From contig CM059432.1 of NCBI GenBank assembly GCA_030390025.1, forward strand, positions 27,778,001-27,842,000: a DNA stretch of 64,000 bases, in the 5' to 3' direction. The DNA comes from Squalus acanthias (Eukaryota). Below are positions 40,030-50,220 of this stretch, one piece after another. Within the stretch, counting starts at the first letter, position 1, and every line of letters begins with the position of its first letter. The notes below the pieces were generated by a model. It saw nothing but the letters and a program-made list of their open reading frames with translations, was not told the origin of the DNA and did no database searches. Made by a program: the position numbers and the translations under genes.

Positions 40030-42412
40030 GATGAGGTCCTAAAGCAGAATATAGGGAGTTAGGAGGTAAATTAAAAAATAGGACCTCAAAGGTAGTAATC
40101 TCAGGATTTCTACCAGTGCCACGTGCTAGTCAGAGTAGAAATAGGAGGATATTTCAAATGAATACGTGGCTAGAGGAATGATGCAAGGGGGAGGGATTCA
40201 AATTCCTTGGACATTGGAACCGGTTCTGGGGGAGGTGGGACCAGTACAAACGGGATGGTCTGCACCTGGGCAGGGCCGGGACCGATGTCCTAGGGGGAGT
40301 GTTTGCTAGTGCTGTTGGGGAGGGTTTAAACTAAAGTGGCAGGGGGTTGGGAACCTGAGCAGGGAGACAGAGGAAAGGGAAACAAGGATAAAAGCTAAAG
40401 ACAGGAAGGAGAAAAACAAAAGTAGAAGGCAAAGAACTCAACGGTTTAAATCAAACATGGTCACAGTAAATAATAATTCATATAGGTCTGAGAGCATTAA
40501 TTAAGAAGGGGAAAATAGAATATGAAAGTAAGCTTTCAGGGAACATAAAAACTGACTGTAAGAGCTTTTATAGATATGTGAAGAGAAAAAGATTAGTGAA
40601 ATCAAGTGTAGGTCTCTTGCAGTCAGAAGTGGGGGAAGTTATAATGGGGAACAAAGAAATGGCAGACCAATTAAATGCATATTTTGGTTCTGTCTTCACA
40701 AAGGAGGACACAAATAACCTCCCAGAGATGTTGGAGAACATAGGGTCTGATGAAAGGGAGGAACTGAAAGAAATCAGTATTTGCAGGGAAATGTTGTTAG
40801 GGAAATTGACGGGATTGAAGGCCGATAAATCCCCAGGGCCTGATAATCTACATCCTAGGGTACTTAAGGAAGTGACCCTAGAAATAGTAGATGCATTGCT
40901 GATCATCTTCCAACATTCGATGGAATCTGGAACTGTACCCATGGATTGGAGGGTAGCTAATGTTACCCCACTATTCAAAAAGGGTGGTAGAGAGAAAGGA
41001 ATTACAGACCGGTAAGCCTGACATCGGTAGTGGGGAAAATGCTAGAGTCCATTATAAAGGATGTAATAGCTGAGCACTTGAAAAACAATGACAGGATCGG
41101 ACAAAGTCAACATGGATTTACAAAAGGTAAATCGTGCTTGACTAATCTACTGGAATTTTTTGAGGATGTAACTGGGAAAATAGATAAGGGAGAACCAGTA
41201 GATGTGGTGTATTTGGACTTTCAAAAGGCTTTCGATAAGGTCCCGCATAAGAGATTAGCGTGTAAAGTTAAGGCACATGGGATTGGGGGCAAGGTATTGA
41301 CTTGGATAGAGAACTGGTTGGCGGACAGAAAGCAGAGAGTAGGAATTAATGGGTCTTTTTCCGAGTGGCAAGCAGTGACTAGTGGGGTACCGCAGGGATC
41401 GGTCCTTGGACCCCAGCTATTCACAATATACATTAATGATCTAGATAAGGGAACTAAATGTAATATCTCCAAGTTTGCAGATGACACAAAGCTGGGTGGG
41501 AGTGTGTGCTGCGAGGAGGATACCGAGAAACTCCAGGATGATTTGGACAGGTTGGGTGAGTGGGCAGAAGCGTGGCAGATGCAATATAACGTGGATAAAT
41601 GCGAGGTTATCCACTTTGGTGTCAAAAACAGAAAGCCAGACTATTATCTGAATGGCAATAGATTGGGAGAAGGGGAAGTGCAACGAGACCTGGGTGTCCT
41701 TGTGCACCAGTCGCTGAAGGTAAGCATGCAGGTGCAGCAGGCGGTGAAGAAGGCAAATGGTATGTTGGCCTTCATAGCGACAGGGTTTGAGTATAGGAAC
41801 AGGGATGTCCTGCTGCAGTTGTACAAGGCCTTGGTGAGACCACACCTTGAGTACTGTGTGCAGTTTTGGTCGCCTTATCTGAGGAAGGATGTTCTTGCCA
41901 TGGAAGGAGTTCAGCGAAGATTCACAAGGCTGATACCTGGGATGGCAGGAATGACATATGAGGAGAGATTGGGTCGATTGGGCTTATACTCGCTGGAGTA
42001 TAGAAGAATGAGAGGGGATCTCATCGAAACATATAAAATTCTGACAGGCGTGGACAGACTGGATGCAGGAAGAATGTTCTCGATGGTCGGAGAGTCCAGA
42101 ACCAGGGGTCATAATCTAAGGATAAGGGGTAAGCCATTTAGGACAGAAATGAGGAAGAATTTCTTCACCCAGAGAGTGGGGAACCTGTGGAATTCTCTAC
42201 CACAGAAGGTAGTTGAGGCCAAGTCATTAAATATATTCAAGAATGAGTTAGATATATTTCTTAAAGCTAAAGGTATCAAGGGATATGGGGAGAAGGCAGG
42301 TACAGGGTACTGAGTTTGGATGATCAGCCATGATCTCATCGAATGGCGGAGCAGGCTCGAGGGGCCGAATGGCCTACTCCTGCTCCTATCTTCTATGTTT
42401 CTATGTTTCTAT
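40030..42412 (+). mobile_element. Defective CR1 LINE: 5'-truncated in ORF1, endonuclease domain deleted
   Basis: ORF1 C-terminal esterase remnant (..RDGLHLGRAGTDVLGGVFASAVGEGLN*) with an internal TGA; near 40490 it jumps to the post-EN region (LIKKGKIEYESKL); frameshift near 41000; RT ORF 41030-42313; (TTCTATGT)n tail. Confidence 0.9.
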
Positions 42413-42800
42413 GACAGGTCAAATCCTGTCGATTAAGCCAGTCGTGGTTTTGGAGTTCGCTCGATGTGTTGGATGGTGGCTGCCGTACCCCGTACGTGGC
42501 AGAGAACTTCAGCGGCTCTGCAGGCTCAGTCTTTGCGAATCTGCTGATCGGTCGGTTTCGTCCTTGCTTCAGTCGACTGCAGTCTGCTTGGCCTTGCTGT
42601 TCCGTGTTCCGTAGCTCCCTTGCTGTAATCTGCTAGTCTGCAAAACTGCCAGTCTGTGCTCTGCCTTGCAATCTCTGTTCTCTGTAGAACTGGCTTGCCC
42701 CAGCCTCTCGTCTCTGTAGCCCTCTCTTGTTCCAGCACAGGTCTATAGTTATACTGGAAAAACTCAGCAGGCGAGGCAGCATCCGTGGAGAGAGAAACAG

Positions 42801-42837
42801 AGTTAACGTTTCAGGTCGAAGACCTTTCGTCAGAACT
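42801..42837 (-). ncRNA. Minimal type I hammerhead ribozyme motif in the inverted pLTR
   Basis: Minus strand reads AGTT-CTGACGA-A-AGGTC(TTC)GACCT-GAAA-C-GTT^AACT. Confidence 0.78.
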
Positions 42838-43415
42838 GGAAATAGCAGGAAATGAAATAGATTTAAGGCAAGGATAAAGCTGGGAAAAGGGGGAGGGGAT
42901 GAAAGAACAAAAGGAGAGATTAAGAGACATTAAGAGATGATCAAGGCAAGAGGTGGTGTTAATTCACCACTTCACTCCCACTCTGACCTCACCGTCTTCG
43001 GCCTATTACACTGTTCCACAGAAGCGCAGCGTAAACTCGAGGAACAGCACCTCATCTTTCGTTTAGGCACGCTACAGCCCTCTGGACTCAATATCGAGTT
43101 CAACAATTTTAGATCATAACCTCAGCCCCCATCACATTTATATTTTATTTTTTCATCCACCCTTTTGTTTGCCCCCCCCCTTTTTTTCCCTCCTAGAAGC
43201 TGGCAGCTGTCCTTCATTCTGCCAGTGCATTTCACACTTCTTTTAGCCTCAACCTGTCACATTAACACCACCTCTTGTCTTGATCATCTCTTAATGTCTC
43301 TTAATCTCTCCTTTTGTTCTTTCATCCCCTCCCCCTTTTCCCAGCTTTATCCTTGCCTTAAATCTATTTCATTTCCTGCTATTTCCAGTTCTGACGAAAG
43401 GTCTTCGACCTGAAA

Positions 43416-44889
43416 TATGGATAATCATAATTTAATAGGACAAAGTCAGCATGGTTTTACGAAGGGGAAGTCATGTTTGACAAATTTGCTGGAGTTCTTT
43501 GAGGAAGTAACATATAGAGTGGATAAAGGGGAACCAGTGGACGTAGTGTATTTAGACTTCCAAAAGGCATTTGACAAGGTGCCACACAAAAGATTATTGC
43601 TTAAGGTAAAAAATCACGGGATTGGGGGTAATATTCTGGCATGGATAGAGGATTGGCTATCTAACAGAAAGCAAAGAGTTGGGATAAATGGTTCATTCTC
43701 AGACTGGCAATCAGTAACTAGTGGTGTTCCACAGGGGTCAGTGCTGGGTCCCCAACTCTTTACAATCTATATTAACGATTTGGAGGAAGGGACCAAGTGT
43801 AACATATCAAAATTTGCAGATGATACAAAGATGGGAGGGAAAGTAGTGAGTGAGGAGGACATAAAAAACCTGCAAGGGGACATAGACAGGCTAAGTAAGT
43901 GGGCAGAGATTTGGCAGATGGAATACAACACTGGAAAGTGTGAGGTGATGCACTTTGGCAGGAAAAATCCTAGAGCAATTTATTATCTTAATGGCAAGAA
44001 ACTGGAGAGTACTGAAGTGCAAAGGGATCTGGGGGTCCTGGTGCACGAAACTCAAAAGGTTAGTATGCAGGTGCAGCAAGTGATTAAGAAGGCAAATGGA
44101 ATGTTGGCTTTCATTGCTAGGGGGATAGAATATAAAAATAGGGAGGTATTGCTTCAGTTGTACAAGGTATTGGTGAGACCGCACCTGGAATACTGCATAC
44201 AGTTTTGGTGTCCTTACTTAAGGAAAGACATCCTTGCTCTCGAGGCAGTGCAAAAAAGGTTCACTCGGTTAATCCCGGGGATGAGGGGGTGGTCATATGA
44301 GGAGAGGTTGGGTAGATTGGGACTCTACTCATTGGAGTTCAGAAGAATGAGAGGCGATCTTATTGAAACATATAAGATTGTGAAGGGGTTGGATCGGGTG
44401 GATGCGGGGAGGATGTTCCCGATGACGGGTGAGACGAGAACTAGGGGACATAGTCTTAGAATAAGGGGCTGCTCTTTCAAAACTGAGATGAGGAGGAACT
44501 ACTTCACTCAGAGGGTGGTAGGTCCATGGAATATGCTGCCACAAAAAGCTGTAGAAGCTACAACATTAATTAAATTTAAAACAGAAATAGACAGTTTCCT
44601 GGAAGTAAAGGGCATGAAGGGTTACGGGGAGCGGGCAGGAATTTGGACATCAGTCTAGGTTCGGATCGGTCATGGCCCTGTGGGTAGTGGAGCGGGCCCA
44701 GGGACTGTGTAGCCTGATTCTGCTCCTATTTCGTGTGTGCAATTCTGTTAGATGCAGGAGATGGTTCTGTGATAGATAGTAGATTGGCGGTTAGGATCAG
44801 ATCAGCCATGATCTTATTGAATGGCGGAGCAGGCTCGAGGGGCCGATTGGCCTACTCCTGCTCCTATTTCTTATGTTCTTATGTTCTTA
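43416..44889 (+). mobile_element. 5'-truncated CR1 LINE inserted in a Penelope-like element
   Basis: Open RT frame 43417-44658, (TTCTTATG)n tail, TGAAA duplication at 43411-43415 and 44890-44894. Confidence 0.93.
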
Positions 44890-45353
44890 TGAAACGTTAA
44901 CTCTGTTTCTCTCTCCACGGATGCTGCCTCGCCTGCTAAGTTTTTCCAGCGTTTTCTGTTGTTATTTCAGATTTCCAGCATCTGCAGTATTTTGCTATCG
45001 TCTATAGTTATACTGTTGGATTGTTCCTTATCTGCCCGCCAAATCTTCCCAGTGCTTTGTTTAATTCTGGTGGGCTCGTTAAGGTCGTTAACTTTAATGG
45101 CAGGAGAATGGCCTTTAACGATATTAAATATTTGGTAAGTGGAGGCTGATTGCTGGTCTGATGGTTGTTCATTTGTGTTGAGTTTCGGGCCATCGAAACT
45201 GGGCCTTGGTATGAATAGACTGGGCTTTTGGGCTTGTTTTATTCATGTTTTTACATAGAAACATAGAAACATAGAAAATAGGTACAGGAGTAGACCATTC
45301 AGTCCTTCGAGCCTGCACCACCATTCAATGCGTTCATGGCTGAACATGCTACC

Positions 45354-48290
45354 TCAGTACCCCATTCCTGCTTTCTCGCCATACCCCTTGATCCCCCTAG
45401 TTGTGAGTGTTATATCTAACTCCCTTTTGAATATATTTAGCGAGCTGGCCTCAACAACCTTCTGTGGAAGAGAATTCCATAGATTCACCACTCTCTGGGT
45501 GAAGAAGTTCCTCCTCAGCTCAGTCTTAAATGGCTTCCCCTTAATCCTTAGACTGTGACCCCTGGTTCTAGTTTTCCCTAACATTGGGAACATTCTGCCC
45601 GCATCTAATTTGTCTAAACCAGTCAGGATTTTAAATGTCTCTATAAGATCCCCCCTCATTCTTCTGAACTCCAGAGGATACAAGTTCAGTTGACCCAATC
45701 TTTCTTGATATGTCAGTCCGGCCATCCCAGGAATCAATCTAGTGAACCTTCGCTGCACTCCCTCAATAGCAAGAATGTCCTTCCTTAAGTTAGGAGACCA
45801 AAACTGCGCACAATACTCCAGGTGTGGCCTCACCAAGGCCCTGTACAACTGCAGCATCACCTCCCTACTCCTGTACTCAAATCCCCTTACTATGAAGGCC
45901 ATCATTCCGTTTGCTTTCTTGACTGCCTGCTGCACTTGCATTCCCACCTTCAGTGACTGATGTACCATGACGCCCAGGTCTCGTTGCACCTCCCCTTTCC
46001 CTAATCTGCCACCATTCAGGTAATAGTCCGCCTCTCTATTTTTACCACCAAAGTGGATAACCTCACATTTATCCACATTGTACTTCATCTGCCATACATT
46101 TGCCCATTCACCCAATCTGTCCAAGTCACTCTGTAGCCTCCTAGCATCCTCCTCATTGTTCACACTGCCTCCCAATTTAGTGTCATCCGCAAATTTGGAG
46201 ATATTACATTTAATCCCTTCGTCCAAATCATTAATATATAATGTAAACAGCTGGGGTCCCAGCACCGAACCCTGCGGTACCCCGCTGGTCACTGCCTGCC
46301 ATTCTGAAAAGTACCCATTTACTCCTACTCTTTGTTTCCTGTGTGCCAACCAGTTCTCAATCCACGTCAACACATTACCCCCAATCCCATGTGCTTTAAC
46401 TTTGCTCACCAATCTCTTGTGTGGGACCTTGTCGAAGGCCTTCTGAAAGTCCAAATACACCACATCTACTGGTTCCCCCCTGTCCACCCTATTGGAAACA
46501 TCCTCAAAAAATTCCAGAAGATTTGTCAAGCATGATTTCCCTTTCACAAATCCATGCTGACTTGGACCTATCATGTCGCCACTTTCCAAATGGTCTGTTA
46601 TGACATCTTTAATAATTGCTTCCATCATTTTACCCACGACCGATGTCAGGCTGACCGGTTTATAATTCCCTGCTTTCTCCCTCCCTCCTTTTTTAAAAAG
46701 AGGGGTTACATTGGCCACCCTCCACTCCATCGGAACTGATCCAGAGTCTAAGGAATGTTGGAAAATGATCGTCAATGCATCCACTATTTCCAAGGCCACC
46801 TCCTTAAGTACTCTGGGATGCAGACCATCAGGCCCCGGGGATTTTTCAGCCTTCAGTCCCATCAATTTCCCCAATACCTTTTCCCGACTAATAAGGATTT
46901 CCCTCAGCTCCTCCCTCTTACCAGATCCTCTGACCCCTTTTATTTCCGGCAGGTTGTGTGTGTCCTCCACAGTAAACACCGAACCAAAGTACTTGTTCAA
47001 TTGATCTGCCATTTCCTTGTTCCCCATTACGACTTGCCCTGTTTCCGACTGCAGGGGACCTACGTTTGTTTTTACTAACCTCTTTCTTTTTACATATTTA
47101 TAGAAGCTTTTGCAGTCCATTTTAATGTTCTCTGCAAGCTTCCTTTCATATTTTATTTTCCCTGCCCGAATCAAACCCTTCGTCCTCCTTTGCTGAGTTT
47201 TGAAGTTCTCCCAGTCCCCGGGTTTGCTGCTACTTCTGGCCAATTTGTATGCAACTTCCTTGGTTTTAATACTATCCCTGATTTCCCTTGTTAGCCATGG
47301 TTGAGCCACCTTCCCTTTTTTATTTTTACACCAGACCGGGATGTACAATTGTTGTAGTTCATCCATGCAATCTCTAAATGTCTGCCATTGCCCTTCCACT
47401 GATAGCCCCTTAAATATCGCTTGCCAATTTAACCTCGCCAATTCACGCCTCATACCATCAAAGTTGCCCTTATTTAAGTTCTGGACCATGGTCTCTGACT
47501 TAACTGTTTCCTTCTCCATCCTAATGTAGAACTCCACCATACTATGGTCACTCTTCCCCAGGGGGCCTCGTACCACAAGATTGCTGATTAGTCCTTCCTC
47601 ATTACACAACACCCAGTCCAGGATGGCCTCCCCTCGAGTTGGTTCCTCAACATATTGGTTTAGGAAACCATCCCTTAAACACTCCAGGAAATCCTCCTCC
47701 ACCGTATTGCTTCCAGTTTGAGTAGCCCAATCTATATGCATATTAAAGTCACCCATGATAACTGCCGTGCCTTTTTTGCACGCACCTCTGATTTCCTGTT
47801 TCATACCCTCCCCCACCTCACTACTGCTGTTTGGAGGTCTGTACACAACTCCCACTAACGTTTTCTGCCCTTTGGTGTTCTGCAGCTCAACCCATATTGA
47901 TTCCACATCCTCCAAGCTGATGTCCTTCCTAGCTATTGCATTAATCTCCTCTTTAACCAGCAATGCTACCCCACCCCCTTTTCCTTTTATTCTATCCTTT
48001 CTGAATGTTGAATACCCCTGGATGTTCAGTTCCCAGCCTTGATTGTTCTGGAGCCACGTCTCTGTAATCCCAATCACATCGTATCCGTTAACATCTATTT
48101 GCACAGTCAATTCATCCACCTTATTACGGATACTCCTTGCATTAAGACACAGAGCCTTTAGGCTTATTTTATTAACATCCTTTGTCCTTTTAGACTTATG
48201 ATTTAGTATGGCCCTTTGTGTTTCTTGCCTTTGTTTACTCGGCCTTCCCCTATTGTTTCTCACCCTTCTAACATTTGTTTCTGACTGCAT
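45354..48290 (-). CDS. CR1 ORF2p: APE endonuclease plus reverse transcriptase
   Basis: NARS, ITETW, YRPP, GDFN and SDH endonuclease motifs; DFQKAFD, GVPQGSVLGP and FADD RT motifs; 978 aa without stops. Confidence 0.96.
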   Translation of the reverse strand: MQSETNVRRVRNNRGRPSKQRQETQRAILNHKSKRTKDVNKISLKALCLNARSIRNKVDELTVQIDVNGYDVIGITETWLQNNQGWELNIQGYSTFRKDRIKGKGGGVALLVKEEINAIARKDISLEDVESIWVELQNTKGQKTLVGVVYRPPNSSSEVGEGMKQEIRGACKKGTAVIMGDFNMHIDWATQTGSNTVEEDFLECLRDGFLNQYVEEPTRGEAILDWVLCNEEGLISNLVVRGPLGKSDHSMVEFYIRMEKETVKSETMVQNLNKGNFDGMRRELARLNWQAIFKGLSVEGQWQTFRDCMDELQQLYIPVWCKNKKGKVAQPWLTREIRDSIKTKEVAYKLARSSSKPGDWENFKTQQRRTKGLIRAGKIKYERKLAENIKMDCKSFYKYVKRKRLVKTNVGPLQSETGQVVMGNKEMADQLNKYFGSVFTVEDTHNLPEIKGVRGSGKREELREILISREKVLGKLMGLKAEKSPGPDGLHPRVLKEVALEIVDALTIIFQHSLDSGSVPMEWRVANVTPLFKKGGREKAGNYKPVSLTSVVGKMMEAIIKDVITDHLESGDMIGPSQHGFVKGKSCLTNLLEFFEDVSNRVDRGEPVDVVYLDFQKAFDKVPHKRLVSKVKAHGIGGNVLTWIENWLAHRKQRVGVNGYFSEWQAVTSGVPQGSVLGPQLFTLYINDLDEGIKCNISKFADDTKLGGSVNNEEDARRLQSDLDRLGEWANVWQMKYNVDKCEVIHFGGKNREADYYLNGGRLGKGEVQRDLGVMVHQSLKVGMQVQQAVKKANGMMAFIVRGFEYRSREVMLQLYRALVRPHLEYCAQFWSPNLRKDILAIEGVQRRFTRLIPGMAGLTYQERLGQLNLYPLEFRRMRGDLIETFKILTGLDKLDAGRMFPMLGKTRTRGHSLRIKGKPFKTELRRNFFTQRVVNLWNSLPQKVVEASSLNIFKRELDITLTTRGIKGYGEKAGMGY

Positions 48291-48337
48291 ATTACTTCCC
48301 CCTGTTTCGCTACATAGGTTCCCCTTCCCCTGCCATA

Positions 48338-49282
48338 TTAGTTTAAATCCTCCCGAACTGCTTTAGCAAATATTACCCCGAGGACATCGGTTCCAGTCCT
48401 GCCCAAGTGCAGACCGTCCCTTTTGTACAGGTCCCACTTCCCCCAGAACTGGTTCCAATGCCTCAGGAATTTGAATCCCTCCCTCCTGCACCACTGCTCA
48501 AGCCACGTATTCAATCTCACTATCCTGTTCTCTCTATTCTGATTAGCTCGTGGCCCTGGTAGCAATCCAGAGATTACTACCTTAGAGGTCCTACTTTTTA
48601 ATTTAGCTCCTAGCTCCCTAAATTCTGCTTGTAGGACCTCTTCCCGCTTTTTACCTATATCGTTGGTACCTACATGCACCACGACAGCTGGCTGTTCACC
48701 CTCCCTCTTCAGAATGTTCTGCAGCCGCTCCGAGACATCCTTGACCCTTGCACCAGGGAGGCAACATACCATCCTGGAATCTCGGTTGCGGCCACAGAAA
48801 CTCCTGTCTATTCCCCTTACAATTGAGTCCCCTATCACTATAGCCCTACCACACTTTTTCCCGCCCTGCTGTGCAGCAGAGCCAGCCATGGTGCCATGAA
48901 CCTGGCTGCTGGTGCCTTCCCCTGGTAGGCCATCTCCCCCAACAGTATCCAAAGTGGCATACCTGTTTTGGAGGGAGATGACCACAGGAGACTCCTGCAC
49001 TACCTTCCTGATATTGCCCTGCTTCTTGGTCACCCATTCACTGTCTGTCCTAGCCTTTACCTGCGGTGTGGACAACTCACTAAATGAGCGATTCACCGAG
49101 TTCTCGGCATCGTGCATGCTCCAGAGTGAGTCCACCCGCAGCTCCAGCACCGCCATGCGGGCTGTCAGGAGCTGCAGCTGGACACACTTCCCGCACACGT
49201 AGTATTCAGGGACACTGGAAGTGTCCCTGGTTTCCCACATGGCACAGGAGGAGCATGAAACGGGTCCGAGACTTCCTGTCAT
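48338..49282 (-). CDS. CR1 ORF1p: N-terminal Cys-rich zinc finger/coiled coil plus SGNH esterase domain
   Basis: CxxC...CxxC followed by a Leu-rich heptad; SGNH blocks GDS, GA, GTND, DGLH; 314 aa. Confidence 0.92.
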   Translation of the reverse strand: MTGSLGPVSCSSCAMWETRDTSSVPEYYVCGKCVQLQLLTARMAVLELRVDSLWSMHDAENSVNRSFSELSTPQVKARTDSEWVTKKQGNIRKVVQESPVVISLQNRYATLDTVGGDGLPGEGTSSQVHGTMAGSAAQQGGKKCGRAIVIGDSIVRGIDRSFCGRNRDSRMVCCLPGARVKDVSERLQNILKREGEQPAVVVHVGTNDIGKKREEVLQAEFRELGAKLKSRTSKVVISGLLPGPRANQNRENRIVRLNTWLEQWCRREGFKFLRHWNQFWGKWDLYKRDGLHLGRTGTDVLGVIFAKAVREDLN

Positions 49283-49786
49283 GACTTAACCCTTATGTTA
49301 CTTTATTACTAAAATTTTAACTTATTTATCTTAGGTCCAGGAGTTAAGTCCCTGAAAACAAAATATAAAATCGAACCTACCTTTTAAATTCCCTCTACCC
49401 CTAAAGGTTAGAGGAGGTGGGAGGGTGGGAGTCACTACTAGTGTAGTGTCTCGGGTTTAGCATATTTCTGATATGCCTGGAGTTTTGGTGAGGACTCCAT
49501 TCCTTTACTTCTTTGTATAAATGCTAAGCAGTTTGATGGGCTGGAGTGGGGTCATCCGGTTCCCCAGACAGGTCGACCACCTGTAATATACAACATTATC
49601 TCTGTAGAGGCCAGCCCTGCCTCCTTTGGCAGCCTGTAGTGTGGTCTGCCCAGGCATGTTTTAAAATGTCCCTGGTCCAATACACTTAATTGGTTTTAAA
49701 ATGTCCAAAGTCCCTTTTTCTTAGGGTCTCTCTCTTTTCCTCCGAGTCTTTTGGGGGTCTGGGAATTTTGCAACTCTCTTACAGAC

Positions 49787-50220
49787 GGTAACACGGTGGC
49801 ATAGTGGTTAGCACTGGTGCCTCACAGCGCCAGGGACCCGGGTTCGAATCTGACCTCGGGTGACTGTCTCTGTGGAGTTTGCACTTTCTCCCCGTGTCTG
49901 CGTGGGTTTCCTCCGGGTGCTCCGGTTTCCTCCCACAGTCCAAAAATGTGCGGGTTAGGTTGATTTGGCTATGATAAATTGACCCTTAGTGTTAGGAGGG
50001 GATTAAATATGTGGGGTTATGGGGATAGGATGGGATATGTTAGGGCGAATTAAATACATGGGGTTACGGGGGTAGTGTGGTATATGTGTACTGTGGGGAT
50101 TAAAGCAGGGACAGGGTACTGGATTTGGATGATCAGCCATGATCGTATTGAATGGTGGAACAGGCTCGACGGGCCGAATGGCCTACTCCTGCTCCTAGAT
50201 TCTATGTTTCTATGTTTCTA
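49787..50220 (+). mobile_element. tRNA-derived V-SINE (HE1-like) with CR1-derived 3' tail
   Basis: A box TGGCATAGTGG, B box GGTTCGAATC, V-domain (GGGTTTCCTCCGGGTGCTCCGGTTTCCTCCCAC); 3' end shared with CR1; (TTCTATGT)n tail. Confidence 0.9.

Larger units (their letters stand above)
42757..44999 (+). mobile_element. Truncated Penelope-like retroelement with inverted pseudo-LTR and GIY-YIG C-terminal remnant
   Basis: 16-bp TSD GTCTATAGTTATACTG (42741-42756, 45000-45015). 42754-42963 is the reverse complement of 43261-43415 joined to 44895-44949. The peptide HSHSDLTVFGLLHCSTEAQRKLEEQHLIFRLGTLQPSGLNIEF resembles the end of a PLE GIY-YIG domain (E..I..L.T..P.GLN). Hammerhead motifs lie in the repeats. 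Confidence 0.85.
45254..49460 (-). mobile_element. Apparently full-length, intact CR1-clade LINE
   Basis: Two uninterrupted ORFs, a short 5' UTR starting with a hairpin, a conserved 3' end and a (TTCTATGT)n tail; CATA microhomology at both junctions. Confidence 0.95.

Noticed and set aside
41221..48042. Numerous antisense ORFs over CR1 RT regions
   Set aside because: Shadow ORFs from codon bias of the RT frame; no independent motifs.
49350..49385. GT..AG mini-intron in the CR1 5' UTR
   Set aside because: About 30 nt, too short for a vertebrate spliceosomal intron.
49790..49865. tRNA gene
   Set aside because: The A/B boxes belong to a SINE head that continues into a V-domain and LINE tail; the same applies at 7820-7890 and 38640-38710.
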